Shown here in pieces: positions 44,583 to 53,725 of a stretch of DNA of 64,000 nucleotides. The notes beneath the pieces are model-generated. The model ran no database searches and was not told where the DNA came from. It saw only the letters and a list, made by a program, of their open reading frames with translations. Each line of letters opens with the position of its first letter. Within the stretch, counting starts at the first letter, position 1. Position numbers and translations under genes: made by a program. Source of the DNA: Promethearchaeota archaeon (lineage in GTDB: Archaea > Asgardarchaeota > Lokiarchaeia > Sigyniarchaeales > SOKP01); the NCBI GenBank assembly GCA_016840165.1, contig JAEOSU010000076.1:86719-150718 (forward strand), given 5' to 3'.

Positions 44583-46607
44583 GTGAGATTAATCATGGAA
44601 GAGGATATTTCTTCATTACCATTTAGGAACTCTTCACTTGGGCTAGAAGAACGCGTGGATGATTTGCTAAAAAGATTAACATTAAAAGAGAAGTTTAAAC
44701 TTAGTTCTGGTAGATTAATGTGGTTTACTAAGAAAATTAAAAGATTGGGGATTGATTCATTTGCGATGTTTGATGGGCCTCATGGAGTTCGTCCGGATTA
44801 TAAAGGTGAACGACCATGCACTTATTTTCCTTCTGCAATTTGTCGTTCTGCTACTTGGAATAAATCACTTTCAAAAAAATTTGGAGTTGCAATTGCCGAG
44901 GAAGTTCGAGAGCTGGGAGCGCATATGATACTTGCTCCAGGAATCAACATTCAAAGAACACCGATGTGTGGAAGAACATTTGAATATCAGACAGAGGATC
45001 CATATTTAAATAAAATATTAGCTGTATCAGTAGTAAAAGGTATTCAAAGCCAGAGAATTGCTGCCTGTGTAAAGCATTTCGTTTGCAATAATCAAGAAAC
45101 AAATCGATTTACTTCTAGTTCAGAAGTGAATGAGCGAGCACTTCAAGAGATTTATTTTCCTGCATTTAAAGCTGCAGTAGAAAAAGCCGATGCATGGTCT
45201 TTTATGAGTTGTTATAATAAAGTGAATGGAGTGTATGGATCTGAACACTTCAATTTGATTCGTGAAAGATTGATGAATGAATGGGGATTTCGAGGGTTTG
45301 TAGTTTCAGATTGGAATGCTACGGCTTATACAACAACAGAGGGATGTGTAAATGCAGGATTATCACTTGAAATGCCAATAAGAAAAGCATATCAAGTAAA
45401 AAAAATGCAGAAAGCATTTGAAGAAGGAAAATTTAGTCTTGATTATTTAAATGATAACATTAGAAGACTCTTGAGGGTCATGTTCTTAGTAGGATGTTTT
45501 GATAATCAGGATTCAATACCAAAAGGGAGTAGAAATACTCCTGAACATCAAGCCTTAGCTCGTAAAATTGCGCAAGAGGGAATTGTCCTTCTAAAAAATG
45601 AAAAACAACTTCTTCCGTTAAACATTGAGAAAATCAAAAAAATAGCCGTTTTAGGCCCTAATGCGGAACTAAAAACATCATTAGGAGGGGGAAGTTCTAC
45701 TAACTTTCCAACATATGAAGTAACTGCTCTTCAGGGAATTATAGAAAGATGTAGAGACAAGATTGAGATTATAGATTCACTTCCCGATGCAGATGTTTCA
45801 ATATTATTTATCGGATTAAATCATGAAAAGAATATGGATGCTGAAGATACTGATAAGACTTCTTTCAAATTAGCATCAAGTCAAATACAGTTAGTTAAAA
45901 ATACGATAAGGCAAAATAAGAACACAATTGTAGTGTTAATAAATGGGAGCCCAATTTCGATGGAGGAGTGGATCGATGAGATCCCAGTTTTGCTTGAAGC
46001 TTGGTATGCTGGAATGGAAGGTGGGCGGGCTATAGCTGATATTTTGTTTGGTGATGTGAATCCATCTGGAAAACTTCCGATTACTTTTCCTAAGCGACTT
46101 TCAGATTCACCTGCCCATAAGTCAGATAAAACATTTCCAGGAGCTGATAAAGTTTTCTATGATGAAGGAATATTCGTTGGTTATCGTCATTTTGAGTATA
46201 ATGATATTAAACCACTTTTTCCATTTGGTTATGGTTTATCATATACCACCTTCAAATATAGTAATATAAAAATGGAAAATAATCGAGTCTCGGGGAATGA
46301 AACTATAAGAGTTTCTGTTGAGTTGGAAAATACTGGAAATAATGAAGGAGCAGAAGTTGTTCAGTTATATCTTCACGACATGGAATCAAGTTTACCAAGG
46401 CCATTTAAGGAATTAAAGGGATTTAAGAAGATTTTTCTTAAACCTAAACAAAAAGAAACTATAAATTTCGAATTGTATCGTGAAGATTTAGCTTTTTTTG
46501 ATGAAGAGGAGAATGATTGGGTAGTTGAAAATGGAACTTTTAAGATTCTAATTGGGAGCTCATCGGAAGATATTCGTTTAGAAACTGAGTTTAATTATTC
46601 TAATTAA
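44583..46607 (+). CDS. glycoside hydrolase family 3 beta-glucosidase/xylosidase-like
   Basis: DGPHGVR, KHFVCNNQE, GFVVSDW nucleophile motif, C-terminal Fn3-like domain (PFGYGLSYT). The ATG at 44595 is the likelier start. Confidence 0.92.
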   Translation: MRLIMEEDISSLPFRNSSLGLEERVDDLLKRLTLKEKFKLSSGRLMWFTKKIKRLGIDSFAMFDGPHGVRPDYKGERPCTYFPSAICRSATWNKSLSKKFGVAIAEEVRELGAHMILAPGINIQRTPMCGRTFEYQTEDPYLNKILAVSVVKGIQSQRIAACVKHFVCNNQETNRFTSSSEVNERALQEIYFPAFKAAVEKADAWSFMSCYNKVNGVYGSEHFNLIRERLMNEWGFRGFVVSDWNATAYTTTEGCVNAGLSLEMPIRKAYQVKKMQKAFEEGKFSLDYLNDNIRRLLRVMFLVGCFDNQDSIPKGSRNTPEHQALARKIAQEGIVLLKNEKQLLPLNIEKIKKIAVLGPNAELKTSLGGGSSTNFPTYEVTALQGIIERCRDKIEIIDSLPDADVSILFIGLNHEKNMDAEDTDKTSFKLASSQIQLVKNTIRQNKNTIVVLINGSPISMEEWIDEIPVLLEAWYAGMEGGRAIADILFGDVNPSGKLPITFPKRLSDSPAHKSDKTFPGADKVFYDEGIFVGYRHFEYNDIKPLFPFGYGLSYTTFKYSNIKMENNRVSGNETIRVSVELENTGNNEGAEVVQLYLHDMESSLPRPFKELKGFKKIFLKPKQKETINFELYREDLAFFDEEENDWVVENGTFKILIGSSSEDIRLETEFNYSN

Positions 46608-46702
46608 ATTTGAATTATTAGATTACTTCCAATTTACACCAAATATTTTTAATTTTGATAAGATTTAGATAACTATCTTTAGATTTAAGCCGGTGAATTA
46701 GG

Positions 46703-47959
46703 ATTTTAAGAGTAGGAATTATAGGTTGTGGAGATATAGCCAATTTAAATGTTCAAGGCTATTTATACTCAAAAGATACAGAGTTAATTGCCATTTGCGA
46801 TACAGATCTCGCGAGAGCTGGTGAGAAATTGGAGCGATGGGGTTTAAGATCCACAAAAGTTTACACTGATTATAAAGAAATGATAGACTATGAAGAACTT
46901 GATATCGTGGAAATACTTACACCGCATCACCTTCATTATCCTATGGCAGAATATTGTGCAAATGCTGGAGTACATGGAATTTCAGTTCAAAAACCATTAG
47001 CACATACAATTACAGATTGTGAGAAAATAATTCATGTATGTAAAAAGAATGAAGTTAAGCTAAAGTTGTATGAGAACTTTAGATTTTATCCCCCGTTTTT
47101 AAAAGCAAAAGAATTATTAGATAAGGGTATAATAGGAGAACCGATTAATTTTCGAATTAATACTATTTCCGTCGGAGGCCCAGCAATGAAAGTTGATCTC
47201 AAATCTTTAGGGTGGCGTCGTAAGTTTGAAACATGTGGTGGGGGTCCACTAGTCTATGATGATGGAATTCACAAATTTTCAATGGCGCTATGGTTAATGA
47301 ATCAAGAGAGAGTTGAAGAGCTTTATGCGCGGGTTGACTATTTTTCTGTTGTCAGAGATATGCCTAGCTATATTATTTGGAAATATCCAAACACAGATCC
47401 AAATAATCCTCCCAAATACGGTTCGATGGAATTTACTATCGCACCAAATCTTTATTATCCCAGTAATTATTATGGTTGTGATGAGTTTATTGAAATTTCA
47501 GGAACAAAAGGCATAATGTGGCTTAATCAATGTACTGCAGGTGGAAACTTTCTCTCAAAAACACCCCAATATCCTCCAATTGTTGTCTATGTAAATGGAG
47601 ATATTAAAAAATTTGGAGAGGATTTGCCAAGAGATTGGAGATATTCATTTATTAATTCTACTTCACATTTTATAAGAGTAATCAAAGATGGCGGAGAACC
47701 TATTTATACAGGAGAAGAAGGGAGAGCCTTATGTATATTTGCTAAATTACCATATATCTCCAATCAAAAGAATAGGATCGCATATTGGGAAGAGATAACG
47801 TCTGAGAATGAGCTTGATAAGTCATGTGTTGTTGAGGAGCCTCAATATATTGATGTGGGAGGATTTACACGCTACGGTCGAAATGTCAGAAGAGATCTAA
47901 GAAAAGGAATAAATCAAGGGTTGGTTCATACCGATTTTAAATATCAATATGAACAATGA
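46703..47959 (+). CDS. Gfo/Idh/MocA-family NAD(P) oxidoreductase; start extended to ATT
   Basis: The in-frame upstream sequence encodes (I)LRVGIIGCGDIANLNVQGYL, the Rossmann N-terminus, collinear with paralog 47960-49066 (MLRVGFIGTGVI...). There is no ATG/GTG/TTG between the stop at 46694-46696 and the TTG at 46829. GGTGA lies at 46692-46696. Confidence 0.78.
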   Translation: MLRVGIIGCGDIANLNVQGYLYSKDTELIAICDTDLARAGEKLERWGLRSTKVYTDYKEMIDYEELDIVEILTPHHLHYPMAEYCANAGVHGISVQKPLAHTITDCEKIIHVCKKNEVKLKLYENFRFYPPFLKAKELLDKGIIGEPINFRINTISVGGPAMKVDLKSLGWRRKFETCGGGPLVYDDGIHKFSMALWLMNQERVEELYARVDYFSVVRDMPSYIIWKYPNTDPNNPPKYGSMEFTIAPNLYYPSNYYGCDEFIEISGTKGIMWLNQCTAGGNFLSKTPQYPPIVVYVNGDIKKFGEDLPRDWRYSFINSTSHFIRVIKDGGEPIYTGEEGRALCIFAKLPYISNQKNRIAYWEEITSENELDKSCVVEEPQYIDVGGFTRYGRNVRRDLRKGINQGLVHTDFKYQYEQ

Positions 47960-49066
47960 TTAAGGAAACTCATCAAGGAGAACCTCTTTCTTTTGTTCTA
48001 CTGACTTGATGGCCGCAAGATTAAATTTCAGTACTTTTTTCGCTTCATAACCCGACAATACTGGTTTTTTTTCATTTTTTGCTACTTCTATTAGATGCTT
48101 AGTCGCATTAATGAAACTCTGTTTCCAATCATTATTAAAATCGTTATAGGTTTCAACCTTTCCATCCCTTATTATTATGATTGGGGCAAAAACATCTGAT
48201 TTTGTCATAGCATTTCCGATAGCAGTTCCTTGATTAATGCGCATGATACCTCTAGAGGCAATAATTTCAATGAATTCGTCTGTTGAGTAATAAGGAGAGG
48301 GAATTTCCATCTCAGGCAAGTAGCAGAATTCCATTTGCCCATACTGGGGAACAACATGCTCTTTACTTTGCTTATATTTAAAAAGTACATACGCGGGAGC
48401 ATCCATGCCATTATATGAACCCGTCCATGCAAAAATTTTGTCGATCTCTTCATTTACTAACCATCTTGCTAAAGTGAATGCATGCCAACCATTATCAAAT
48501 AAGATAGGAGACCCTTTAACTCCTCCTCCAACAAGTTTAGGATCTAATCTCCATTTTTCAGCGCTTTCTGGAATTTCCCAGCCACCGGAAGTTCCCAAAG
48601 CAACTTTAATCCGTACGGAAGTAATATCCCCAATATAATCTTGATCGATTAATTCTTTTGCTTTTTGAATATGAGGGGCAAATATGAAATTTTCATATAT
48701 TGATAATATTGCTCCTGAGTCATTACACGCTTTAATCATGTCATCTGCTTCCTTAAGCGTCAGGGCCATTGGTTTTTGAACCGAAATAACCCTCACTCCT
48801 TTACTAGCAGCGTGAATGCATGCTTCAGCATGAAGATTATGGGGTAAGAGAATCTCTAAAATGTCTAATTCTTCATTTTTAATCATTTCTCGATAATCAG
48901 AATAGACATGCATTTCTTCACTAAATTTAAATTTATCAATTTTGTCTCTCGCTTTTTGAACCGTTCTATTACATAAAGCTACAATTTTAGTTTCTTCATT
49001 TTCTAAATATCCTAAGACATTAAGGTCAAAAATAACTCCCGTTCCAATGAATCCTACACGCAACAT
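47960..49066 (-). CDS. Gfo/Idh/MocA-family NAD(P) oxidoreductase
   Basis: MLRVGFIGTG Rossmann start and EKP-like SVQKPMA motif. Confidence 0.88.
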   Translation of the reverse strand: MLRVGFIGTGVIFDLNVLGYLENEETKIVALCNRTVQKARDKIDKFKFSEEMHVYSDYREMIKNEELDILEILLPHNLHAEACIHAASKGVRVISVQKPMALTLKEADDMIKACNDSGAILSIYENFIFAPHIQKAKELIDQDYIGDITSVRIKVALGTSGGWEIPESAEKWRLDPKLVGGGVKGSPILFDNGWHAFTLARWLVNEEIDKIFAWTGSYNGMDAPAYVLFKYKQSKEHVVPQYGQMEFCYLPEMEIPSPYYSTDEFIEIIASRGIMRINQGTAIGNAMTKSDVFAPIIIIRDGKVETYNDFNNDWKQSFINATKHLIEVAKNEKKPVLSGYEAKKVLKFNLAAIKSVEQKKEVLLDEFP

Positions 49067-49229
49067 AACAAATAAATAAATTATTGCTAAAATTTATACA
49101 AGTCTATTTAATAATAATGAAGATATAATATTTCCCTTTTGGTCTTAATTTATTATAAATATTGAAATTTTTTTTATATTTGTTATAACTTTAATTCACT
49201 AAGCATTTTATAGAAGTTAATGATCTCTC

Positions 49230-50906
49230 ATGTTAAATAATAATGAAGATTTGGATTTCAGAAAATCATATGAGCGTGCTTTATATCTTGGATGCGGTTT
49301 TAATTACAATGATTTAAGCAAACCGAAGGTCGCTATTGTAAATTCATGGAATCAGATTAACCCAGGCCATATTCATCTAAGAAGGTTAGCATCCTTTGTC
49401 CATGATGGAGTAAAAGAGAAGGGAGGGACTCCTATGGAGTTTAATACTATTGCTCCTTGTGATGGAATTGCGAATTCAGGAAATAATTCAAAATATATCT
49501 TACCCTCTAGAGAAGTTATAGCTAATTCAATAGAATGTATTATCAAGGCTTACAATTTTGATGGAATGGTTATGTTATGTTCATGTGATAAAGTAATCCC
49601 TGGGATGTTATTAGCTGCCGCTCGTTGCGATATTTCAACAATCTTCTTAACGGGGGGTATCATGAAACCAAAATATTTCGAAAATGGTCCATTGAAAGGG
49701 AAAACTTATGTTACCTGCGATATCAAAGAAGCAATAGGAGAATATAAAGCAGGAAAGATTTCTAAACAGGAGTTAAATCTCATAGAATCCCAAACATGTT
49801 GTTCTCCTGGAGCATGCAATATGATGGGGACTGCGAATACTATGGCATGCATAGTGGAGGCTATGGGGCTGTCTTTGCCCGGTTGTGCGACTTTAAGTGC
49901 TGTTGGTGAGGAGCGAGAGAGCTTGAGCAAAGAAACGGGTATAAGAGTAATGAGTTTAATAAAAAACAAAATCACCGCTTTAAATCTAATCACAGATGCA
50001 TCAATCCAAAACGCAATTAAAGTTGCTTTATCATTTGGTGGATCCACTAATATGATACTACATATGTGTGCACTTTCCCATGAAATTGGAGGAAGTTTAA
50101 ACCACTTTGATTTTAATATCTTAAGCGAAACTACTCCACTTCTTGCAAAATTCAAACCTGCATCGGAATATAATCTCTCAGAGTTCCATAAGGTTGGAGG
50201 GGTGACCGTAATGATGAAAAAAATGGAAAAATTATTAGATCTTTCGGCGATGAATGCATTAGGAATTTCTTTAAAAGAATTTTTAAAGGATATAAAATAT
50301 GATGATTATCAAATAGTAAGAGTTTTAGAGGATCCGATCTCTTTAGAAGGGGGTGTAGCTGTTTTAAAGGGAACTTTGGCTCCTGAAGGGGCTATAGTAA
50401 AACAAAGCGCAGTTTCGTCTCAAATGCGAAAACATACGGGCCCTGCAAAAGTGTTTGAATCAGAGGAGGAAGTTCAAGAGGCATTGTTGTCAAACAAGAT
50501 AGAGAAAGGAGATGTGTTAGTTATCCGTTATGAAGGTCCAAAAGGATCTCCTGGGATGAGAGAACTTTCATTACCTGCGGCAATTTTAGTGGGGATGGGA
50601 CTTGGTGAATCAGTAGCTATGATTACAGATGGGAGATATTCTGGGGCAACAAGAGGCCCTTGCATTGGACATGTTTGTCCTGAAGCCTATGAAGGAGGTC
50701 CAATAGCTATTGTTCAAGATGATGATATGATAGAAATTGATATTGATAATAAAGAACTTAATTTACTTCTATCTTCTGAAAAAATAAGAGAAAGGCTTAA
50801 GAGATGGGAAAAACCTGAACCCAAGATAAAAAAGGGTTATCTATCTTTATATAGTAAAATAGTTTGTTCTGCAAAATATGGAGCATATTTGGGGGATTCA
50901 TTATGA
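49230..50906 (+). CDS. ilvD: IlvD/Edd-family dehydratase (dihydroxy-acid or sugar-acid dehydratase)
   Basis: [31 protein letters not shown] Fe-S ligand contexts; GRYSGATRG. Confidence 0.9.
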   Translation: MLNNNEDLDFRKSYERALYLGCGFNYNDLSKPKVAIVNSWNQINPGHIHLRRLASFVHDGVKEKGGTPMEFNTIAPCDGIANSGNNSKYILPSREVIANSIECIIKAYNFDGMVMLCSCDKVIPGMLLAAARCDISTIFLTGGIMKPKYFENGPLKGKTYVTCDIKEAIGEYKAGKISKQELNLIESQTCCSPGACNMMGTANTMACIVEAMGLSLPGCATLSAVGEERESLSKETGIRVMSLIKNKITALNLITDASIQNAIKVALSFGGSTNMILHMCALSHEIGGSLNHFDFNILSETTPLLAKFKPASEYNLSEFHKVGGVTVMMKKMEKLLDLSAMNALGISLKEFLKDIKYDDYQIVRVLEDPISLEGGVAVLKGTLAPEGAIVKQSAVSSQMRKHTGPAKVFESEEEVQEALLSNKIEKGDVLVIRYEGPKGSPGMRELSLPAAILVGMGLGESVAMITDGRYSGATRGPCIGHVCPEAYEGGPIAIVQDDDMIEIDIDNKELNLLLSSEKIRERLKRWEKPEPKIKKGYLSLYSKIVCSAKYGAYLGDSL

Positions 50907-52063
50907 TTGATGAAGAATCAATAAAACAAAATTTAAATCATTTTGCATTTCCAAGACTTTCTGGGACAATACATGAAAAAAAGGCTTTAGATTTAGCATT
51001 TAAAAAAGTTTCAGATTTAGGATTGAAACCAAATATACAGAATTTCGAATTTAGCACTTTTTATTCCAGAACATATCCAAAAATAGCATTTCTTTTCGGG
51101 TTTTTGCTTTTAATCTCGTTTTATATTGATTTGAGCGTGGGGATTTTTATCTCATTGATTATAGGCCCAATTTTAGTGTTCTTAGTCATCATTATGAGAA
51201 AGCCAGAAAATGTGAAATTTCCCAGAAACTTTGAATCCGCTAATCTATTTGTTAAATTAAAAGTAAGGAGAAAGCTATCGAAAAAAGTATCATATAATCA
51301 AAGAAAAAGAATTGTTTTTTCATGTCATTTAGATTCTAAAGGCCAGAAATTGTCCATCCTAGCTCGCATCAGATCAATGAGAACCTGGATCATCAGTAGT
51401 GTCATCATAATAGGCACTTTAGGATTTAAATATTTAGTTCAACCTAATTTTGTAATATTCTTCATCATAATCGGAGGCATTCTGATGATCTTAAACTTTA
51501 TATCGACAATATTAATTTTAATAAACACTACTAACAATAGTTCACTCGGAGCAATAGACAATGCGACCGGAATCACTTGTGTTCTTGAATTACTAAAATA
51601 TTACTTATTAGATGATAATCGAATAGATAATATAGAGTACTGGTTTGTTTTTACTGGATGTGAAGAAACAGGAACTATGGGAATTCGCAATTTATATAAA
51701 AAGATTAAGTTCTTTGAAAGGGATTCTTTAATGCTTGTAAATTTTGATGCGATAGGAGGAAGTATTACTATTTTCGATAGCATATTTCAACCAGAGGGGT
51801 ATCGAGAATTTTATAATAGTTTCTTAAATAATAACATAGGTTTAGAAATTCGAGAAGAATCTAAAAGGATTAACTTTGGAACGCACTCTGATGGATACTA
51901 CTTAAAAAAGAAGAATTTCCAAGGAATCGAGTTTGGCGACATGGAAGCTTACCAATTCCTACATTCCAAGGAGGATACAATAGATAAGGTGAATACAAGA
52001 AATCTTAAGAAATTATGTGAAGTAATAGTTGAAAATTTAAGATTGCATTATAAAAACATGTGA
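50903..52063 (+). CDS. M28-family metallopeptidase with transmembrane hairpin insertions
   Basis: [37 protein letters not shown] metal-ligand blocks, interrupted by hydrophobic hairpins. The ATG at 50903 overlaps the ilvD TGA (ATGA) and matches the paralog N-terminus. Confidence 0.78.
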   Translation: MIDEESIKQNLNHFAFPRLSGTIHEKKALDLAFKKVSDLGLKPNIQNFEFSTFYSRTYPKIAFLFGFLLLISFYIDLSVGIFISLIIGPILVFLVIIMRKPENVKFPRNFESANLFVKLKVRRKLSKKVSYNQRKRIVFSCHLDSKGQKLSILARIRSMRTWIISSVIIIGTLGFKYLVQPNFVIFFIIIGGILMILNFISTILILINTTNNSSLGAIDNATGITCVLELLKYYLLDDNRIDNIEYWFVFTGCEETGTMGIRNLYKKIKFFERDSLMLVNFDAIGGSITIFDSIFQPEGYREFYNSFLNNNIGLEIREESKRINFGTHSDGYYLKKKNFQGIEFGDMEAYQFLHSKEDTIDKVNTRNLKKLCEVIVENLRLHYKNM

Positions 52064-52089
52064 AACTAAGTTGCTTTCTAATTTTTAAT

Positions 52090-52170
52090 GTGGAACCAAA
52101 AATTTTAAAAGATTTATGTGAAGTTATTATTGATTACTTGAGAAAATTTGATAAATCATATGTCAATTAA
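52090..52170 (+). pseudogene. remnant of an M28 peptidase C-terminus
   Basis: The frame encodes ..EPKILKDLCEVIIDYLRKFDKSYVN-stop. LKDLCEVIIDYLR parallels [13 protein letters not shown] at the end of the intact M28 gene ~100 nt upstream (9 of 13 residues identical; they share ttatgtgaagt). Confidence 0.3.
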
Positions 52171-53707
52171 GTTCAGTAGGAAGGACCTTGGTCTAGTTAT
52201 TACTCCTAATAAAACAGCAGAATATCTTATACATAAATTAGGGTCAATAAAGCAAAATCAGTCAATTTTAGATCCTTGCGTAGGACCAGGTATTTTTGTA
52301 AAACTCTTAATAAAAAAAGGAATAAATAAAAAGCAAATCCATGCTTTTGATATAAGTTCTGAATACGAGGATGATCTAAAAGGACTAGGAGTTCATTTCG
52401 AACGAAAAGACACATTGTTATCCATTACCGAGAGCGAGCATAATCAATATGATTTTATTATCGGAAATCCACCATATTTAAACAAATCGAGCAGTTATGT
52501 GAGAGAAAATAAGAAAGAATTAAGAAAAATTTACGGTAAAATAAATTCTCATGAGACATATGCTATGTTTATAGTAAATAGTATATGGCGATTAAAGGAA
52601 GGTGGAAAATTAGCTTTCATTACCAGTGATTCCTTTCTAACTTTACGAACTCATCAACGCTTAAGAAAATTCATTCTAAGACATTGTGTAATTAATGAAA
52701 TTTTACTGGCACCTCAAGATTTGTTTTCGAACCAGAATGTAAGTACAAGCCCGGTTATTATAGTTCTTACTAAACTTTCTCGTAAAGACCAGAGAGAAAA
52801 GCGATTAACTAACCAAATACGAGTCATAACTCGTGTAAAGAACGAGGAAGAGTATAAAAAACCAAATAAGATTTTAACTCATCTTCAAAAAAGTTATCAA
52901 ATACTACCATTTAATATATTTTATACTGATATTGAACCTCAAGTTATTACTTTTTTTGAAACAGCACCAAAAATCGTAAACTACATGAAGGGATATATTG
53001 GAATGCATACACATAATAATAGGAAATACATCGCCGCTATTGAGGGAACAGAATTAGCAAAAATATTTCATAATAGGAATTCAAAAATAAGAGAACCAGA
53101 AAATCAATATCGAATTATATCAAGGGATTATCTAAAAGAGAAAGCCTGGAGACCTTATTTAAAGCGCGGAGGTGCTGAACAATATTATCGTCCCATCATG
53201 GAAGCTTTAGATTGGAGGGAAAATGCTAAAAAGGTATATGATATTCCTGAAAATGTTCCATTTGAAAGGGAAGGACTAGTGATTAGTGGAGTTAGTTCAA
53301 GATTAGCGGCACGTTATATGCCAAAAGGCTGTTATTGGGATTCAAATAAAGCCATTGGTTGTATTGTCTTAGATGAGAATATTTCTATTAGCTATTTATT
53401 AGGTTTATTAAATAGTTCGCTTTATAATTATCTTGCGAAAGGAATTATTAATAATACAAATAGCATCCAATTATCAGGGATTCATGCTTTACCCTTCATC
53501 ATGCCCGACTCTGAAACTAAAAGCTTAGTTGAAAAATATGTGGAGAGAATTATTGAGCAATTAAAAAATGATGGCTTATATAATTATGAAAATGAGCAAA
53601 GAATCATAGATAATCTTATATTTAATTTGCATCAAACCGAGTTTGATTTCGCTGAATCACTTAAAGAAAAATTAGAGAAAAAATACTCGATTTATCAGAA
53701 GAAATAA
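52148..53707 (+). CDS. N6-adenine DNA methyltransferase (Eco57I/TaqI-like gamma class)
   Basis: ILDPCVGPGIF (motif I) and IIGNPPYL (motif IV), with a C-terminal target-recognition-like half. The ATG at 52160 is the likelier start. Confidence 0.8.
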   Translation: MINHMSIKFSRKDLGLVITPNKTAEYLIHKLGSIKQNQSILDPCVGPGIFVKLLIKKGINKKQIHAFDISSEYEDDLKGLGVHFERKDTLLSITESEHNQYDFIIGNPPYLNKSSSYVRENKKELRKIYGKINSHETYAMFIVNSIWRLKEGGKLAFITSDSFLTLRTHQRLRKFILRHCVINEILLAPQDLFSNQNVSTSPVIIVLTKLSRKDQREKRLTNQIRVITRVKNEEEYKKPNKILTHLQKSYQILPFNIFYTDIEPQVITFFETAPKIVNYMKGYIGMHTHNNRKYIAAIEGTELAKIFHNRNSKIREPENQYRIISRDYLKEKAWRPYLKRGGAEQYYRPIMEALDWRENAKKVYDIPENVPFEREGLVISGVSSRLAARYMPKGCYWDSNKAIGCIVLDENISISYLLGLLNSSLYNYLAKGIINNTNSIQLSGIHALPFIMPDSETKSLVEKYVERIIEQLKNDGLYNYENEQRIIDNLIFNLHQTEFDFAESLKEKLEKKYSIYQKK

Positions 53708-53725
53708 GAATAAGTATAGTTTAAA

